Assembly (NCBI GenBank): GCA_001938485.1 | Contig: MQRK01243741.1 | Location: 1 to 50,395, forward strand | DNA length: 50,395 nucleotides | Direction: 5' to 3' | Origin: Girardia tigrina | Lineage: Eukaryota | Shown: piece by piece, positions 37,086 through 49,375 of the stretch | Layout of the letters: every line of letters starts with the position of its first letter | How positions within the stretch are numbered: position 1 is the first letter of the stretch | Translations under genes and position numbers: made by a program | Notes under the pieces: model-generated | What the model saw: only the letters and a program-made list of their open reading frames with translations | Told to the model about the DNA's origin: nothing | Databases searched by the model: none

Positions 37086-38559
37086 ATCAAAATGATTATT
37101 CACAAATAAATTATTTCTTTTTTGCGAAAAACATTTTTTGGATTTCCCCTAATATGTTTATAAATTAAACATAAAAAATAGAATCAAATTTGAATTTTAT
37201 TTTAATATTTGTCATAACAGTTTGTATTTTTATATTTTTTTTGTAATAAATATATTTTTTGACTCTATTAATTAGAGTTTATTTGGTTATATATTTATCA
37301 AGAGGCATTTTCCATAAAATTTATTTATTTTCGTGATCCGGGGTAGCCTATTCTTTCTCAAGATGGAAAAAACTTTTTGGTGGTATCAGATGTGGAAATA
37401 GTGTTTCAACAAACAAAGCTATACAAATCATTAATTGATAACAAGTTATTCGATCAAAAATTTTCGAAACTGGCTGAATATTTTTAAATTCAGTTTGGTT
37501 GATTCGCATTGAAAACACAGACAAAAATGCTTTGCTTAACATGAAGGTCATTTTACCACCCCAGCTGGCCACAACGGACAACTTCAAATCTAGACTCCAA
37601 ATCGATTAAATTATTGAAAATTGAGTTAGATTCACCTGAACTCCAGAAATCAGAGCACCTATTACAAAATCTAATTCCAAATAAGACTTTGACTTTCAAA
37701 ATAACCACAAAATTCCGTTTAGGGAAAATTTCAGTTGATCTTCGTTGTCTCCATGGTTTTGCAACGAAAAATCAATGAAATTATATAAGTGTGTTTTTCA
37801 ATACTTTACTTGTTTAAATTATTTTTATTAATAAATTTAAAATAAATAATCTAAATAATTTGTTTTATTTTAAATTCTAATGGTTTCTAAAATATTTTTT
37901 TTACATTTCACTAAAAATTAATAGAAACAATTACTCTTTTCAAAAAATTCTTTTGATGTTTTCCACTACGTGGCTTCAATCACACTTGGTTTTGTTTAAA
38001 GAAAAATAGACAATTTATTTCTAATTATATTATTAATTATTTCAGTTTTAATATTTAAGGAGAATTAATAAACAGTTTTATTAGTTACATTAGTCAAATA
38101 CTCAAATACTTTAGTCAAACACTCCATTATGAACATTATGCGAGCATTAAGCACTGGGTATTTAAAAGTATCCCACAAAAATTACAATTATCATTATTTC
38201 ATTTATTTATTTTAATATTTCTTTTTCTTCTTATTTTTGTATTCAATCCTTTTGTTCTCACTAACAAGATAAAGTAATTTCAATAAAATATTTATTTAAA
38301 AGATAAATGCTTGCAATAATTTCTGGGTACTTTTTCTGTCATTAATGCTAGAGTACCCTTTCTCATAAATATAAGAAGCAATTCTAAATCAAATATTTGT
38401 ATCAATAATTCATTCAAGAATAAATGAGAAAATTTAAGATGTGCATCAATTAATTTGTGCATAGAAATTGAAAAGAAATTATTGAAATACATCATGACCC
38501 ATTAATTAACTTTCTCTCGCAAATAATGACGTACTCTGATATTGTATGGTTACAAATGC

Positions 38560-39060
38560 AAAAGTCTAAACTATGGTAGCTTAAAACGTCGTTTAACCCA
38601 AGCATTTTAAGAATATACAATCGCTTTTTTGAAAAGCCTATGATTTTTTGAAGAATTCAAGGCGTGGTAAATCTGATTTCTAAGATCATCGAAGAAGTAA
38701 TCGACTCGCAAATTTTAACGATGAGCGTTTATGTGTCTTTATTGATGCTTTTTCCCATCTGACATCACCAGCACCAGCTAAAATGCCTACTAAAGGGTCG
38801 CTTCAATTTGCTGAAGGAAAATTTCGTACAGTTTAGAAATGGTTCTTGTTCACGAACATGTCTCGCACCTAACAATTTCAATGGATTCGTGATGAGATTG
38901 TACACATCCGACAGGAATTGACTGATATTAAATATTTTCGTGACAACACCTGACCACTAGTTACAAATCTCACTCGTGAAAAGCTTTAAAGCTATAGTAC
39001 TCGTCAGAACTGGTCTCAACATACTACCACTATTTTGAACCAATGCAGAACATTTTAAAG
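38560..39060 (+). mobile_element. Degenerate mariner transposase relic
   Basis: EFK/RGKSDF*DHRRSNRLANFNDERL (cf. F..G...LED..RSGRP), DNT*P (cf. HDNARPH) and YSSELVSTYYHYFEPMQNIL (cf. YSPDLAPSDYHLF..LQN.L). Confidence 0.65.
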
Positions 39061-39226
39061 ACTGCTAGTAAATCAAAAAATTAAATTTTTTATATCCATT
39101 CTTTATGCAGACAGACCTCTACTTTGCCAACAAATTTTCTAAAATTTAAAAAATTTTAATTAAAAAAACACAATAAAAATTAATTAATTATTATTTATAA
39201 TAAAAAAATTTAAAAAAATAATGCAA

Positions 39227-39652
39227 TTTTTTATTAAAACCAAGAACGCCATTAATATCAAATTTTATTGTCGCAATATATTTTGTAAACGGATTCAGGA
39301 GCTTGGACGATTGGGTAATGGGAGTAATATTGCAGGACATATGAAGGGTTGTAAAACAAATAATTTTAAAATATTGTGCAGTAATTTTAAAAATTATTGG
39401 AAAAGAGTTACTTGTGAAGCATTATTGATTAAATCACTTAATCCGTCCATTAATGTCCAAACAAGTCTCTCTTTCAATTTGTTGAAAATATTTAATTAGT
39501 TATTACGCAAAATGTTTGCATAATCATCAATTTGCGATATATAAGACAGCGAAATTGTTGTTAATTCAGCCTGAAGATGGTGGAAAATCCACCCAAATAT
39601 ATTGCGACAATAAAATTTGATTTTAATGGCGTTCTTGGTTTTAATAAAAAAA
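39227..39652 (+). mobile_element. Penelope-like 3' fragment with an inverted 5' arm
   Basis: KRIQE...NIAGHMKGC...FKILCSNFKNYWKRVTCEALLIKSLNPSINVQ. Near-identical to the copy at 50046-50395. 39227-39283 is the reverse complement of 39595-39651. Confidence 0.9.
39555..39612 (+). ncRNA. Minimal hammerhead ribozyme with a catalytic-core mutation (GAAA to CAAA)
   Basis: GC-CUGAAGA(39571)-U-GGUGGA-AAA-UCCACC-CAAA-UAUAUU-GC. The core is otherwise identical to the intact copy at ~50070-50110. Confidence 0.75.
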
Positions 39653-42600
39653 GCCTTCTTTTAAAGCCTTCAAAAATAGGTTTCTAAATTCCATATATAT
39701 ATATATATATATATATAGAAAATAAGCTAATAAAAGAATGTAAAAAAAACATTTGCATCTGATTATGAATTGAAAAAAAGTATGAAATATATTTTTAAAT
39801 AAACTTGTTGTATTTTATAACAAAGTAATGTATGATCTACCCCGTTATGAAAAGCGGGTGTTCGAAAATAACAGCAAGGAAAGTAAATTATTTTTAGTAA
39901 AAGATGTATGAAAGCTGCTTTCTAAACCCAATAACCTCTTAGGCTCCAATTAATAATTTCAATATATATAAATATATATGAAAAATCATATTTTAAATAA
40001 AGTGCTTTATACTTCATACATTGATCATCTTCGGTCTTATTTATTTGTTTTGAAAAAATTTGTAATTGCAAATGGAAAATTATGTAGCAGAAATGCAAAT
40101 TCATCAACGATGTTTATACTAGGAAAATCGATAATAACAATAGATGCAAAATTTTCAATTTCTAAATATTTTTATAGAAAATGGACTGAATTATTACTTC
40201 TAACATTTGTTTAAATTAAAAATAATAATGTTCCTTAATTCAGATGATATAAAGACTTCTAATAAAACAAGGAATTTATATAAGAACAAATGTTATGTGA
40301 TTCTTGTTGTTAACTTCTTTTTATTTTAAAATCTGTGTTAAGATTTTCTCTGTTACATTTAGTTTTAAAAATGATTGTACGAAATAAATTAAGAAAAAGA
40401 TAGTTAATATGTAAAAAAGCTTTTCACAGACAAATTATGACACAATTAGGAAACATCGGAACATTTTAAATGCAATTTAAAAGGTTGAAGAGTGTGAAAG
40501 CACAGTGACAACCTAATTTTAACTGAGATTATATTAATGATTTGGCGTCATAATATACAATTAACAAGTACCATAGTAAAGGAAATATAATGAATAACCA
40601 TATTTACTTTTTTCAACGATATGATTCACTTGAAAAATTGTGTATTCTAAACCAATTTATCTAAACATAAAATTTAATGAAGTTGTGATTTCAAGATTCT
40701 CTTAGTATCTATATCTATCAACTATTGTGTTAAATATGTTATAATCTGATTTTTGATCTTATAAAGAACACTAATACTGTTTTTAACATTATTATTATTA
40801 TTAAAATTCGAATAGGACAACTATCAAGAAAACTTTCATCAGCTAACATCGAATCAAATTGATAAGATTTTAGAATGAATTGTTAAAAATAATTATTCAA
40901 ACAAAGATTTCCATTTTATACGACTAAATTAATTTTATTGATTTCATTTTTCAACTCCATAATTATTCGATTTAACGATTTCGTGTTAAATTTTACTTAA
41001 AAATTATTTTAATAATTTTTATTTTCCAAACTTTTCCAAATCTCTTAAGCTGTTTACCTTAATAGAAATTATTAAAAATACAACTGTTATAAGATTAATT
41101 TAAAACATTACATCAAAGATATTAAGATTTTTATTCATTAAAATAAGCATAACAGATGTTCTTCCCTGAAATTCTAAAGTGGTCTCGATTTCTCTTTAGC
41201 TTCTTGCTTAGTGCACATGAGCAGAATTTTTCCTTTATCATTTTTATACATTGGTACAAGCAATCTAGTTTAAATTCCTTCAGTTTCAAAAAAAATATGT
41301 TTAATATTTTGGCATTCATCGTACATGAATCATGGACCTCAAAGAAATCCCTCTCATTAAGCTCGTTAATATTTGTGTTCTCTCTTGAAACAGGAACAAC
41401 ATATTTATCTAGATAAATTATGATAGCATTCTATCTGTTAAAAACACTTCTAAAGCTAAAACTCTCTGTAGAAAGAATTTGTTGTGGAATATGTGTGATA
41501 TTTTTTCCTGGAAACATACTATTAATTTTAATGTGTTATTATTGTCAAACGATGGTGTTTTCTAAAAAGTAGACAATGGTAACTTTCGTTATTTGCACTT
41601 AAAAATCATTTACTATTTTCAAAATTATTTAGATTGAATCATGGATTTGAATTTATTAGAAAATCTAAGATGCTATTTTCCGAATCGAAATATATTTCCG
41701 AATTGTCTTACGTATTTTTAGTAAAATTTTATATAAAAACGAAAAACGTGTTTGTGAGGAATATTTTCAATGTTTGATGTTTTGTGTTTGAATGTGTATG
41801 TTGATTTTGAATTGTGTCTCTCCTACCCAGATGGATGATTAATATTTTAATTCTTATTATCTTAAAATATGTAATGTTTAAATTTATTTCTAATTTAAAA
41901 TAATTGTAAAATTTTAAATAAGTTTATTAATTTTATTTAAATTTTAAAATAAATAAATTGAATTAATATTTTTTTAAATTATTAATAATCATTTAAATTT
42001 TAACTAATAACATTTTGAAATATTTTTTTGAAATATATTTTGTGAAATATTTTAACAATTTATGTAAATCTACATTTGCTCAGATAATAAGATTAAAGTC
42101 ATTAAATAATTAGTTAGAATGCAATCGTACGAAAGCTTTATAAATATTGTCTTAAGGATAACCAAACTTGTAATATCAATAAAAATATTAAGTCATATTG
42201 GTGTTCTTATTATTGTTTTTCTGCATTCATTACATTTAAACGATTTAAATATGAACTCATAAATACTGATCAACCATTTAAAATCAACCACTTAATACTC
42301 AATTTTATAGAGTTTCTCATCCCTATTCGACATTGTCATACTGTTTTCTGATACTTTTATTTTGCTTTTATTTTTTATTTTTATTTGCTATCTAAATCTT
42401 GAGATATATTATTCTAAAAATTAGTTTTGTGTTAGTTTAATGTAAATTTATATATATATATATATATATATAATGTTGAGTCTTGTGAAAGTAAGTTTAA
42501 AATTTTGAAAATATTATTTGATTCAAATTTTTAACTCGTACATCTGAAAGACAAATTGTTATGTAAAAGAGCTTGAATGAGGCATCTTCAAAAGTCACAA

Positions 42601-43233
42601 TTTTTAGGTTTTAATATTTTGCAAAGTATATTTATGAGACAAATCTATATTTATAGTTGATTGTGGTCAACAAAATCAGCCAATATTATCAAAAATAAAC
42701 AGTCATTGACATTTTCATTATTGATGCAAACCCAAGTCTCATCATTTATTTCCGAAAGCTATCGTCCCGAGTTCATTTGTAAATCACATAATAAATCTGG
42801 TTTGCAACAAATTATAGGTTCAATCAATTTATGATTATAAAATTTTTCATTAATGGTAGAAAGTTCACAAATATCGTTGTCTAAGACTGACTTGTTCATT
42901 TTTAAACTCTTCTTTCAAGAAATAAATTGTTTTTTTTTGAGCTGGACAATATATCAAAGAGTTTTAGATCATGATTGTAATGAAATAGATATAAAAAAAA
43001 ACAGATATAATTTCTTCTTCCATTAACGTTGTAGAATAATTAGATAACAGACAAGAGTAATGTTTATTGATAACACAATTGACATCAGGATGTTAATGAA
43101 CATAATTAATCATCAAATCAATCAATGTCAATGAGTATTTTTCTGGTCAAATACAAATGAATGTTACCGAAATTGTCACATAAAATTTGATGTACCAATG
43201 CCGATTTCCCTGTTTAGTCTATTACAACATTAG

Positions 43234-43465
43234 TCTAGTGAACTCGCAATGCAAGCGGTTTAGGGGCTGGTAGTTTGATGGAAATTCGACGGCTAGAGTG
43301 CCATGTGAGCGAATTACCAGTACCGGCTCAACCAGAAATCCCGACCAATGAATAGTGATCCGGTTGGATTCGTCACAGAAAACAATGGGAAAATCAGCCT
43401 ATAGATTTTCCCCATGTGACTAAAATCAGTGTACTTCGACTGAACCAGAATACTCAAGCACTGGA
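43234..43465 (+). other. GC-rich island predicted to fold into a multi-helix RNA (unassigned ncRNA or retroposon tail)
   Basis: About 46% GC over 43261-43440. Pairings: 43234-40/43459-65, 43257-63/43440-46, 43267-77/43310-20, 43372-77/43415-20, 43387-95/43404-12. G-U pairs favour the + strand. Confidence 0.5.
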
Positions 43466-44930
43466 ATGCAACAAAAGAATTATATTACTTCAGCAAATGA
43501 TGTAAAATCATGCTCGGTTTGTTGGCAATTATCGAATATTTCTTTGACTTCTTCTTTTAAAGTTTTATTACTAGGATTTCATAACTTCAAACATCCGAAT
43601 AATTGTTGTCACATGTAATTTCTTCTCATTGTCGCGTGGATCACGATGGACATCGTGAATTTTGATACATTAATTACTGTAGGCATAATCCTAATGCCTA
43701 AATCTTAATATCAGACAAATATACTTTAATTTTAAAAATGCAATAATTAAAATAAAATATATTTGTTTAAATAAACAGAATTTCATAAAAATAAACATTT
43801 GGTAAAAAGCGTTATTTTGATTATTTTTAATTATGGATCAAAGTGACTACACTGGTGTCAGAAAAGTGACTGAGTCCAGTCAGTTTCAAAAAATATGTTT
43901 AATATTTTGGCATTCATCATGAATCATGGACCTCAAAGAAATCCCTCTTGAACGGAATTGTACTGCACTATTAGACGATTTGTTCCGTATTAGCTTGAAT
44001 CTGATGAACTAAATAGTCCACCGATGATTACGTGTCTGGAAAATTTTCTTTACGTAGATATTCGACGAAGCCAAATTCGCAATTATTTCTGATTCGGATT
44101 TTAATAATTTTTGATTGATTGATCGATCCTTTTCGATTTTTAATTATTGCCCTTGGGATATTTAAAAGATAATTAATTGGGTGGATTTTCTTTTCTTTTT
44201 TTAGAAAAAAATAAAATTATCTTTCATTCATAAGTCCTCTATTTTCCTTCCTCTATGCGGACTATTTCGGTTGACGTAGAATCATTTTCAAAATACAAAA
44301 TAAATAAATAAACTGGGGTTGAATAATGGCACAACAAAAAAATAGCAGATGCGTGTGGTTTATTAACTGTTACATTGGCATAAAGATTGAATAAATAAAA
44401 AATAACAAAAAGAAAAGTATGTACAATGATATAGTTCGTTCAGTATACCGTTGATAAATGCAATTGTCACAATGATCACCGTGTCACTACTGATGTCAGT
44501 CAAAAATCGATGTCCGAAACAATGGTGATTAATGGAAAACATATAACTTCATGTTTAAAACAAATTTTAATGGATATTAATTTTTTAATTAAATTTTGTC
44601 TAAAAAGTCAATGTGACTGAAATATAAACCTTCAAAAGGTGTATCGTCAAGGGTATTGTAAAATCTATTTATTTTAAATTTATCTTACTTCTTGATAATA
44701 GAAGTAATTTGACCAGATTTTGTTGTGTTTCCTAATCTCATTTCTATTTTGGTGAGCCACATAAAAGTTTTCAGGGTTTTTAATCCTTAGACCGAAATAT
44801 GAATATATTCTTTAATTTGTAAACTTTTTTATTATTTCATCTTTTATTTGAGTTATACATTGTTCAATATTTATATTGTAATGAATTTCAATACATACTG
44901 ATATTGTTACTGTACTATAAAACGTCATAG

Positions 44931-46343
44931 TGGGCCTCCCATCTCTTTCGAATGGTATTGAGCCTCTAGGCTCTTTAGAGGGTCCACCCAAACTAAAGAA
45001 TCACTAGCAGCCCCCCGATAGGCCTCATACGGGGTCGGATAGTTTCGGTCTCCGAGATCTTTTCGGCTTCCCTGTGAGAAATGACCACCCATGGGTTGTA
45101 TAGCCATGGTTCTGCATACCTTTGGCTGTATTCGTGGACTTTGTACAGCCGCAAAAGGGACATCTGAACTCCCCCCTTGCAGTTAGATCTGCAATCCTAA
45201 ANNNNNNNNNNNNNNNNNNNNNNNNNNNNNNNNNNNNNNNNNNNNNNNNNNNNNNNNNNNNNNNNNNNNNNNNNNNNNNNNNNNNNNNNNNNNNNNNNNN
45301 NNNNNNNNNNNNNNNNNNNNNNNNNNNNNNNNNNNNNNNNNNNNNNNNNNNNNNNNNNNNNNNNNNNNNNNNNNNNNNNNNNNNNNNNNNNNNNNNNNNN
45401 NNNNNNNNNNNNNNNNNNNNNNNNNNNNNNNNNNNNNNNNNNNNNNNNNNNNNNNNNNNNNNNNNNNNNNNNNNNNNNNNNNNNNNNNNNNNNNNNNNNN
45501 NNNNNNNNNNNNNNNNNNNNNNNNNNNNNNNNNNNNNNNNNNNNNNNNNNNNNNNNNNNNNNNNNNNNNNNNNNNNNNNNNNNNNNNNNNNNNNNNNNNN
45601 NNNNNNNNNNNNNNNNNNNNNNNNNNNNNNNNNNNNNNNNNNNNNNNNNNNNNNNNNNNNNNNNNNNNNNNNNNNNNNNNNNNNNNNNNNNNNNNNNNNN
45701 NNNNNNNNNNNNNNNNNNNNNNNNNNNNNNNNNNNNNNNNNNNNNNNNNNNNNNNNNNNNNNNNNNNNNNAATTGATTGCTTCTTTCTCCCACTGATCTT
45801 TTTCCCCATTTGTATTTCTCCCTTCCAGATTCGTTTGATTGTCTCGTACTCCTCTGAAGTTTCCGTCTTACTGTGGAAAGTAAGCCGTTAACTCACGATA
45901 ATGTCCATGGGATGTGGGAGTCCAATGTCCAGGATGTCCATACGGATCTTTTCAATTTTGTGTTTCTTCCTAACTATGCGCGTGCATAGATTATGAAGGG
46001 CATGCAATTTCTTAATGTTCTTGTCCGCAGTTCTCCAGCTTTCACAACCGTAGTAGACTACGGAGAATATACATGCGTTGATAACTTTCTTCTTATTCCT
46101 CATACTCAGTTTGGAGCTCTTCAGCACTGGTCTCAGATCCCGGATCTTCTGGGTTCCTTTCTTGATTCTTTCTTTCACTTCCGCGTCCACATTTNNNNNN
46201 NNNNNNNNNNNNNNNNNNAGGTAACAAAAGCTAGAGACCCACTCAATACCGGCCTCAAGCTGGTGCCCAGCAGTAAGGATCCGAGTATCTCCGTTTAGGT
46301 TCAAAACTTTGGTTTTACCAATGTTAATTTTGAGACCTCATAG
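44931..46343 (-). mobile_element. 5'-truncated RTE-like LINE with a 13-bp TSD
   Basis: GLKINIGKTK, VSSFCY, NVDAEVKERIKK, VINACIFSVVYYGCESW. C-terminal finger FRCPFCGC...GMQNHGYTTH. TSD taaaacgtcatag at 44918-44930 and 46344-46356. Contains N gaps. Confidence 0.88.
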
Positions 46344-46447
46344 TAAAACGTCATAGCAAGAAAGCTGTCACTGTACCTTTTTGAATTAAATACTTTACTT
46401 TTTTACTTAAATATTACTTAATATTTTATTAAATGCTACTAATTTAG

Positions 46448-46852
46448 ATGTCACAATTGAACAGAGGGATGCCTACTATAGACCTTTCTCGCCTCAACTT
46501 CCATCATCTCCTGTTGAAATAGAGCCAACAATACGTAATCCTTACAGAAAAGTTACAGGTTCTCGGAGTCCGCATAGATTAAGCATAAATGACTGGATGG
46601 AAGCGGCGAATAGTTATATGGAAAATCACAGTTTCGTTAATCCTGAAGATCAAGATTTTTATAATGGATCACCTTACAACCAATACTCAGTGAATTCACA
46701 GAATGATTATAATATTGATTCTGTTTCCCAAGAAGGCCTTTTATCGCGACTAGGGAATGACAATATAAATAATGAAACCAATTACAAGATAAATCATCGT
46801 AGACAATTATCAACCAGTGAGAGAGATATCAAACCGGCTACCGTCGCATTGG
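46448..46852 (+). CDS. unc-13: Exon of Unc-13-like gene (DVTIEQRDAYYRPFSPQLPSSP...PATVAL)
   Basis: tttag acceptor and gtaggt donor. Open frame, phase 1 to 1, matching both neighbours. Confidence 0.8.
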
Positions 46853-47319
46853 GTAGGTTTATCCTAATGAAGATTAATAATTGATTTGCTATATAAACTG
46901 GTAACCTATCTGTTAAATGGAACTAATATTTGAGGCACCAATTAATTTGGGATTAATATGCACCGAGTTAATGGATGACGGATAAATTTGAGAAGATAAT
47001 TTATCTACATAATTTATGACCTTTAAGAGTGAAAGTAGAAATTAAAATTAACAAAATTATTAAATTTTTTTATTAAAATGTTATTTCCATAAGAAATTTT
47101 ATTTGATTAATAAAACAAATTTTATTATTCTTTAATTAGTAATTAATTACCTTTGCAGTTAGATTATGTGGTAAGCCTCATTTTCAATGATTAGACATTA
47201 AGTTTGTCCTATTGATGGTGTCACAAACGTGAATAATTTTTTTAAAAGCAAATGTATGTAAATGTTCATATTGTTTTACATTTTCGAAATATTTGTAAAT
47301 TATTATGCTACTTGCTCAT

Positions 47320-47800
47320 TTTTCAGTCTCAATTGCAGGATGAATTCAGTTAAGTTGATTCAGACAGACTTCACTGTTGATATTTAATTGTTGTTAGGTA
47401 TATTTCTTTGGTGAATCCATGGATTTTCATATTCATAGTTGTACTTTCATAAATATCAAGATTTCATATTCCTTTGGGTGAAAAATCGGTGTAAATTCGA
47501 ACATGTTCGCATGCTCTGTTGTTATATAGTTCGTGAAGAACTTATTCAGAAAAGTTTCATATCCTTTCAAGCTTGTTGAGATAATTAACGATGGTGAAAT
47601 GGTCCACGTTAAAGTCTAAGTCCAGAATTCTCATTGTTAAACTTTCTTCTTCTTCTACAGTTTTTAAAAGTGCTTGGCTTCCAAATTTGGATGATCAACC
47701 TCTTCTTTTGTCATCCTCGAGTTTTTTAGCCCGATTTACTTTCTTAAACTTCGATTTGACTGATTGTTCTAGCAGGTATTTTTAAGCCCAGTTTGGGTGT
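47320..47800 (-). mobile_element. Degenerate mariner transposase N-terminal relic
   Basis: FKKVNRAKKLEDDKRRG*SSKF..ALLKTVEE and LTMRIL..DFNVDHFTIVNYLNKL..VLHEL resemble the mariner HTH and WVPHEL motifs. Confidence 0.65.
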
Positions 47801-48248
47801 ACAATATATTATATGGTTTTATAATAAAATTTAGCTATTTATGGGTAAAGCATGGATTCATTAAAAATAAAAACACTGCTTTTCCACCCACTCTCCCTCT
47901 CGCACCTACACGCTCATACACAAGGTTATTTAAAATTGTTTACTTATTTAATAAGTATAAGAGATTCTTTTGATCTTAACCCTTTAAATCCAGGGTGCAT
48001 GTAGGATGCAACATTTTTTGAGTAAAATTAAATATTTTATACTGTAAACCCACATTTTCTTAGGTTACACCCAGTTGGAAACCTTAAAAAACCCTCGTTC
48101 CTGTTTGAAATTTATTTATTGTATCAGAATTTAAAAGACTCATCTTCAACGATCAATGAGAATATTTTAATTATGAAAACCATATAATTTAAACCTCTTT
48201 GACTCTACTTACTTAATTATTGTTTCTCATAAAATTCTTTTAATTTAG

Positions 48249-48525
48249 GTCCTAATAGAAGATCTTCATGGGTTGCTGATGATTACGAAACAACTTTTAC
48301 AAATAATAGCGGGAATATTGCTCATCAGGCGGCCGAGAGAATTTCAGTAGATTCAAGGAGAATGTCAAATCAGTTAACTGTTGAAAATTATTATAATTCA
48401 GTTGGTTCCATAAATGAAGATGTAACTATGGAAAGTAGACATTCATCTTCTCGTCGAGGTAGCAAAATGTCTGACAGATTACAACTATCAACAGTTCAAA
48501 GATCGATCGACAGAAGCATGTCTAA
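48249..48525 (+). CDS. unc-13: Exon of Unc-13-like gene (PNRRSSWVADDYE...IDRSMS)
   Basis: tttag acceptor and gtaagt donor. Open frame, phase 1 to 2. Confidence 0.82.
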
Positions 48526-49115
48526 GTAAGTTCCGTTTCTTTTATTCTTTTATTTACATTTTGATTTTCTTTTTTTCTGAAATTAACTCTAATTATTTTT
48601 AATTTAAATCTGAAAAAAATATTTATAATTAATGTTGAATTTTTTTTCTGAAATGTAAATGTTAAAAATCTTTTTGTTTCATGATTCTTCAATTTGACAA
48701 TTTTAAAAAAAAATATTTTTTACACTTTTTTTCAATAAATAATATTTTGGATTCTTTCTAAAACCTGTTAAATCTACGTTTATTTACATGTACAGAAACG
48801 ACAGATTTTATTAATAAATATTTTGCTTTCAATTTAATAATATTTTACCACAAAATAAATGTTAAAATTGAAAATGAGTAGCGCAAAAATTGAATGTCCG
48901 AAGATGGGAGTCTAGACTTGTTTTGGATACTTATATAATTGGAATACAGAATTCAGATAGACTGGATTTGATTCTTTGTAAATTGATAGCTATGATTTTA
49001 TCATATATTTGATTTTAAATTTGGCAAATATGAAAGCAAATATTAGTTCTAACAAAAATATTATTCATATATTATTGAAAAATTTTCTCCTTTTGTATTG
49101 TTGTATTACTTTAAG

Positions 49116-49332
49116 AGACAGTAACGAAATGGTAGTGAATACCAGACGGAGTTCTCGTTTTAGTATTTACGAAGAGAATAAAGAAAATTGGCAAATTCAG
49201 TCACCCGGAAAACTTGGACGTCAGCAGAAGTCTATTACCGAATCGAAAGACGCGGTTAACACTACAGATATGTCTTCAGCCCGGCACAGATGGCACAATG
49301 CCTTTTCAAGAGTTTGTGCTCAGTTAAATGAG
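49116..49332 (+). CDS. unc-13: Unc-13/Munc13 exon encoding the calmodulin-binding-type motif ARHRWHNAFSRVCAQLNE
   Basis: Matches the W..A[FY]..[VI]...L CaM site as I recall it from Munc13-1 (RAKANWLRAFNKVRMQLQE) and C. elegans UNC-13 (WHNAYKRVCADL). taag acceptor, phase 2 to 0. Confidence 0.85.
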
Positions 49333-49375
49333 GTTTTTTAATACAATTTATTATCTAATTAACTATTTTATTTAG

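Noticed and set aside
43224-43246. Minus-strand GAGUUCACUAGACUAAUG resembling a group I intron R element
   Set aside because: No downstream S element (AAGAUAUAGUC) to form P7, and the G-U pairs favour the + strand.
43279-43307. GGAAAUUCGACGGCUAGAGUGCCAUGUG resembling RNase P/MRP CR-I and P8; GCGAA plus stem resembling HDV J4/2-P2
   Set aside because: There is no room for P2/P3 before CR-I, no convincing CR-V/P4 partner, and no HDV L3/P1.1. Left unassigned.
43854-43867. 14-nt match to LSU rRNA (GGTGTCAGAAAAGT)
   Set aside because: The flanks do not continue the rRNA sequence; likely chance.
47976-48030. piggyBac-like terminus TTAA-CCCTT (with aagggTTAA at ~4396-4404)
   Set aside because: No correctly oriented partner end and no transposase sequence.
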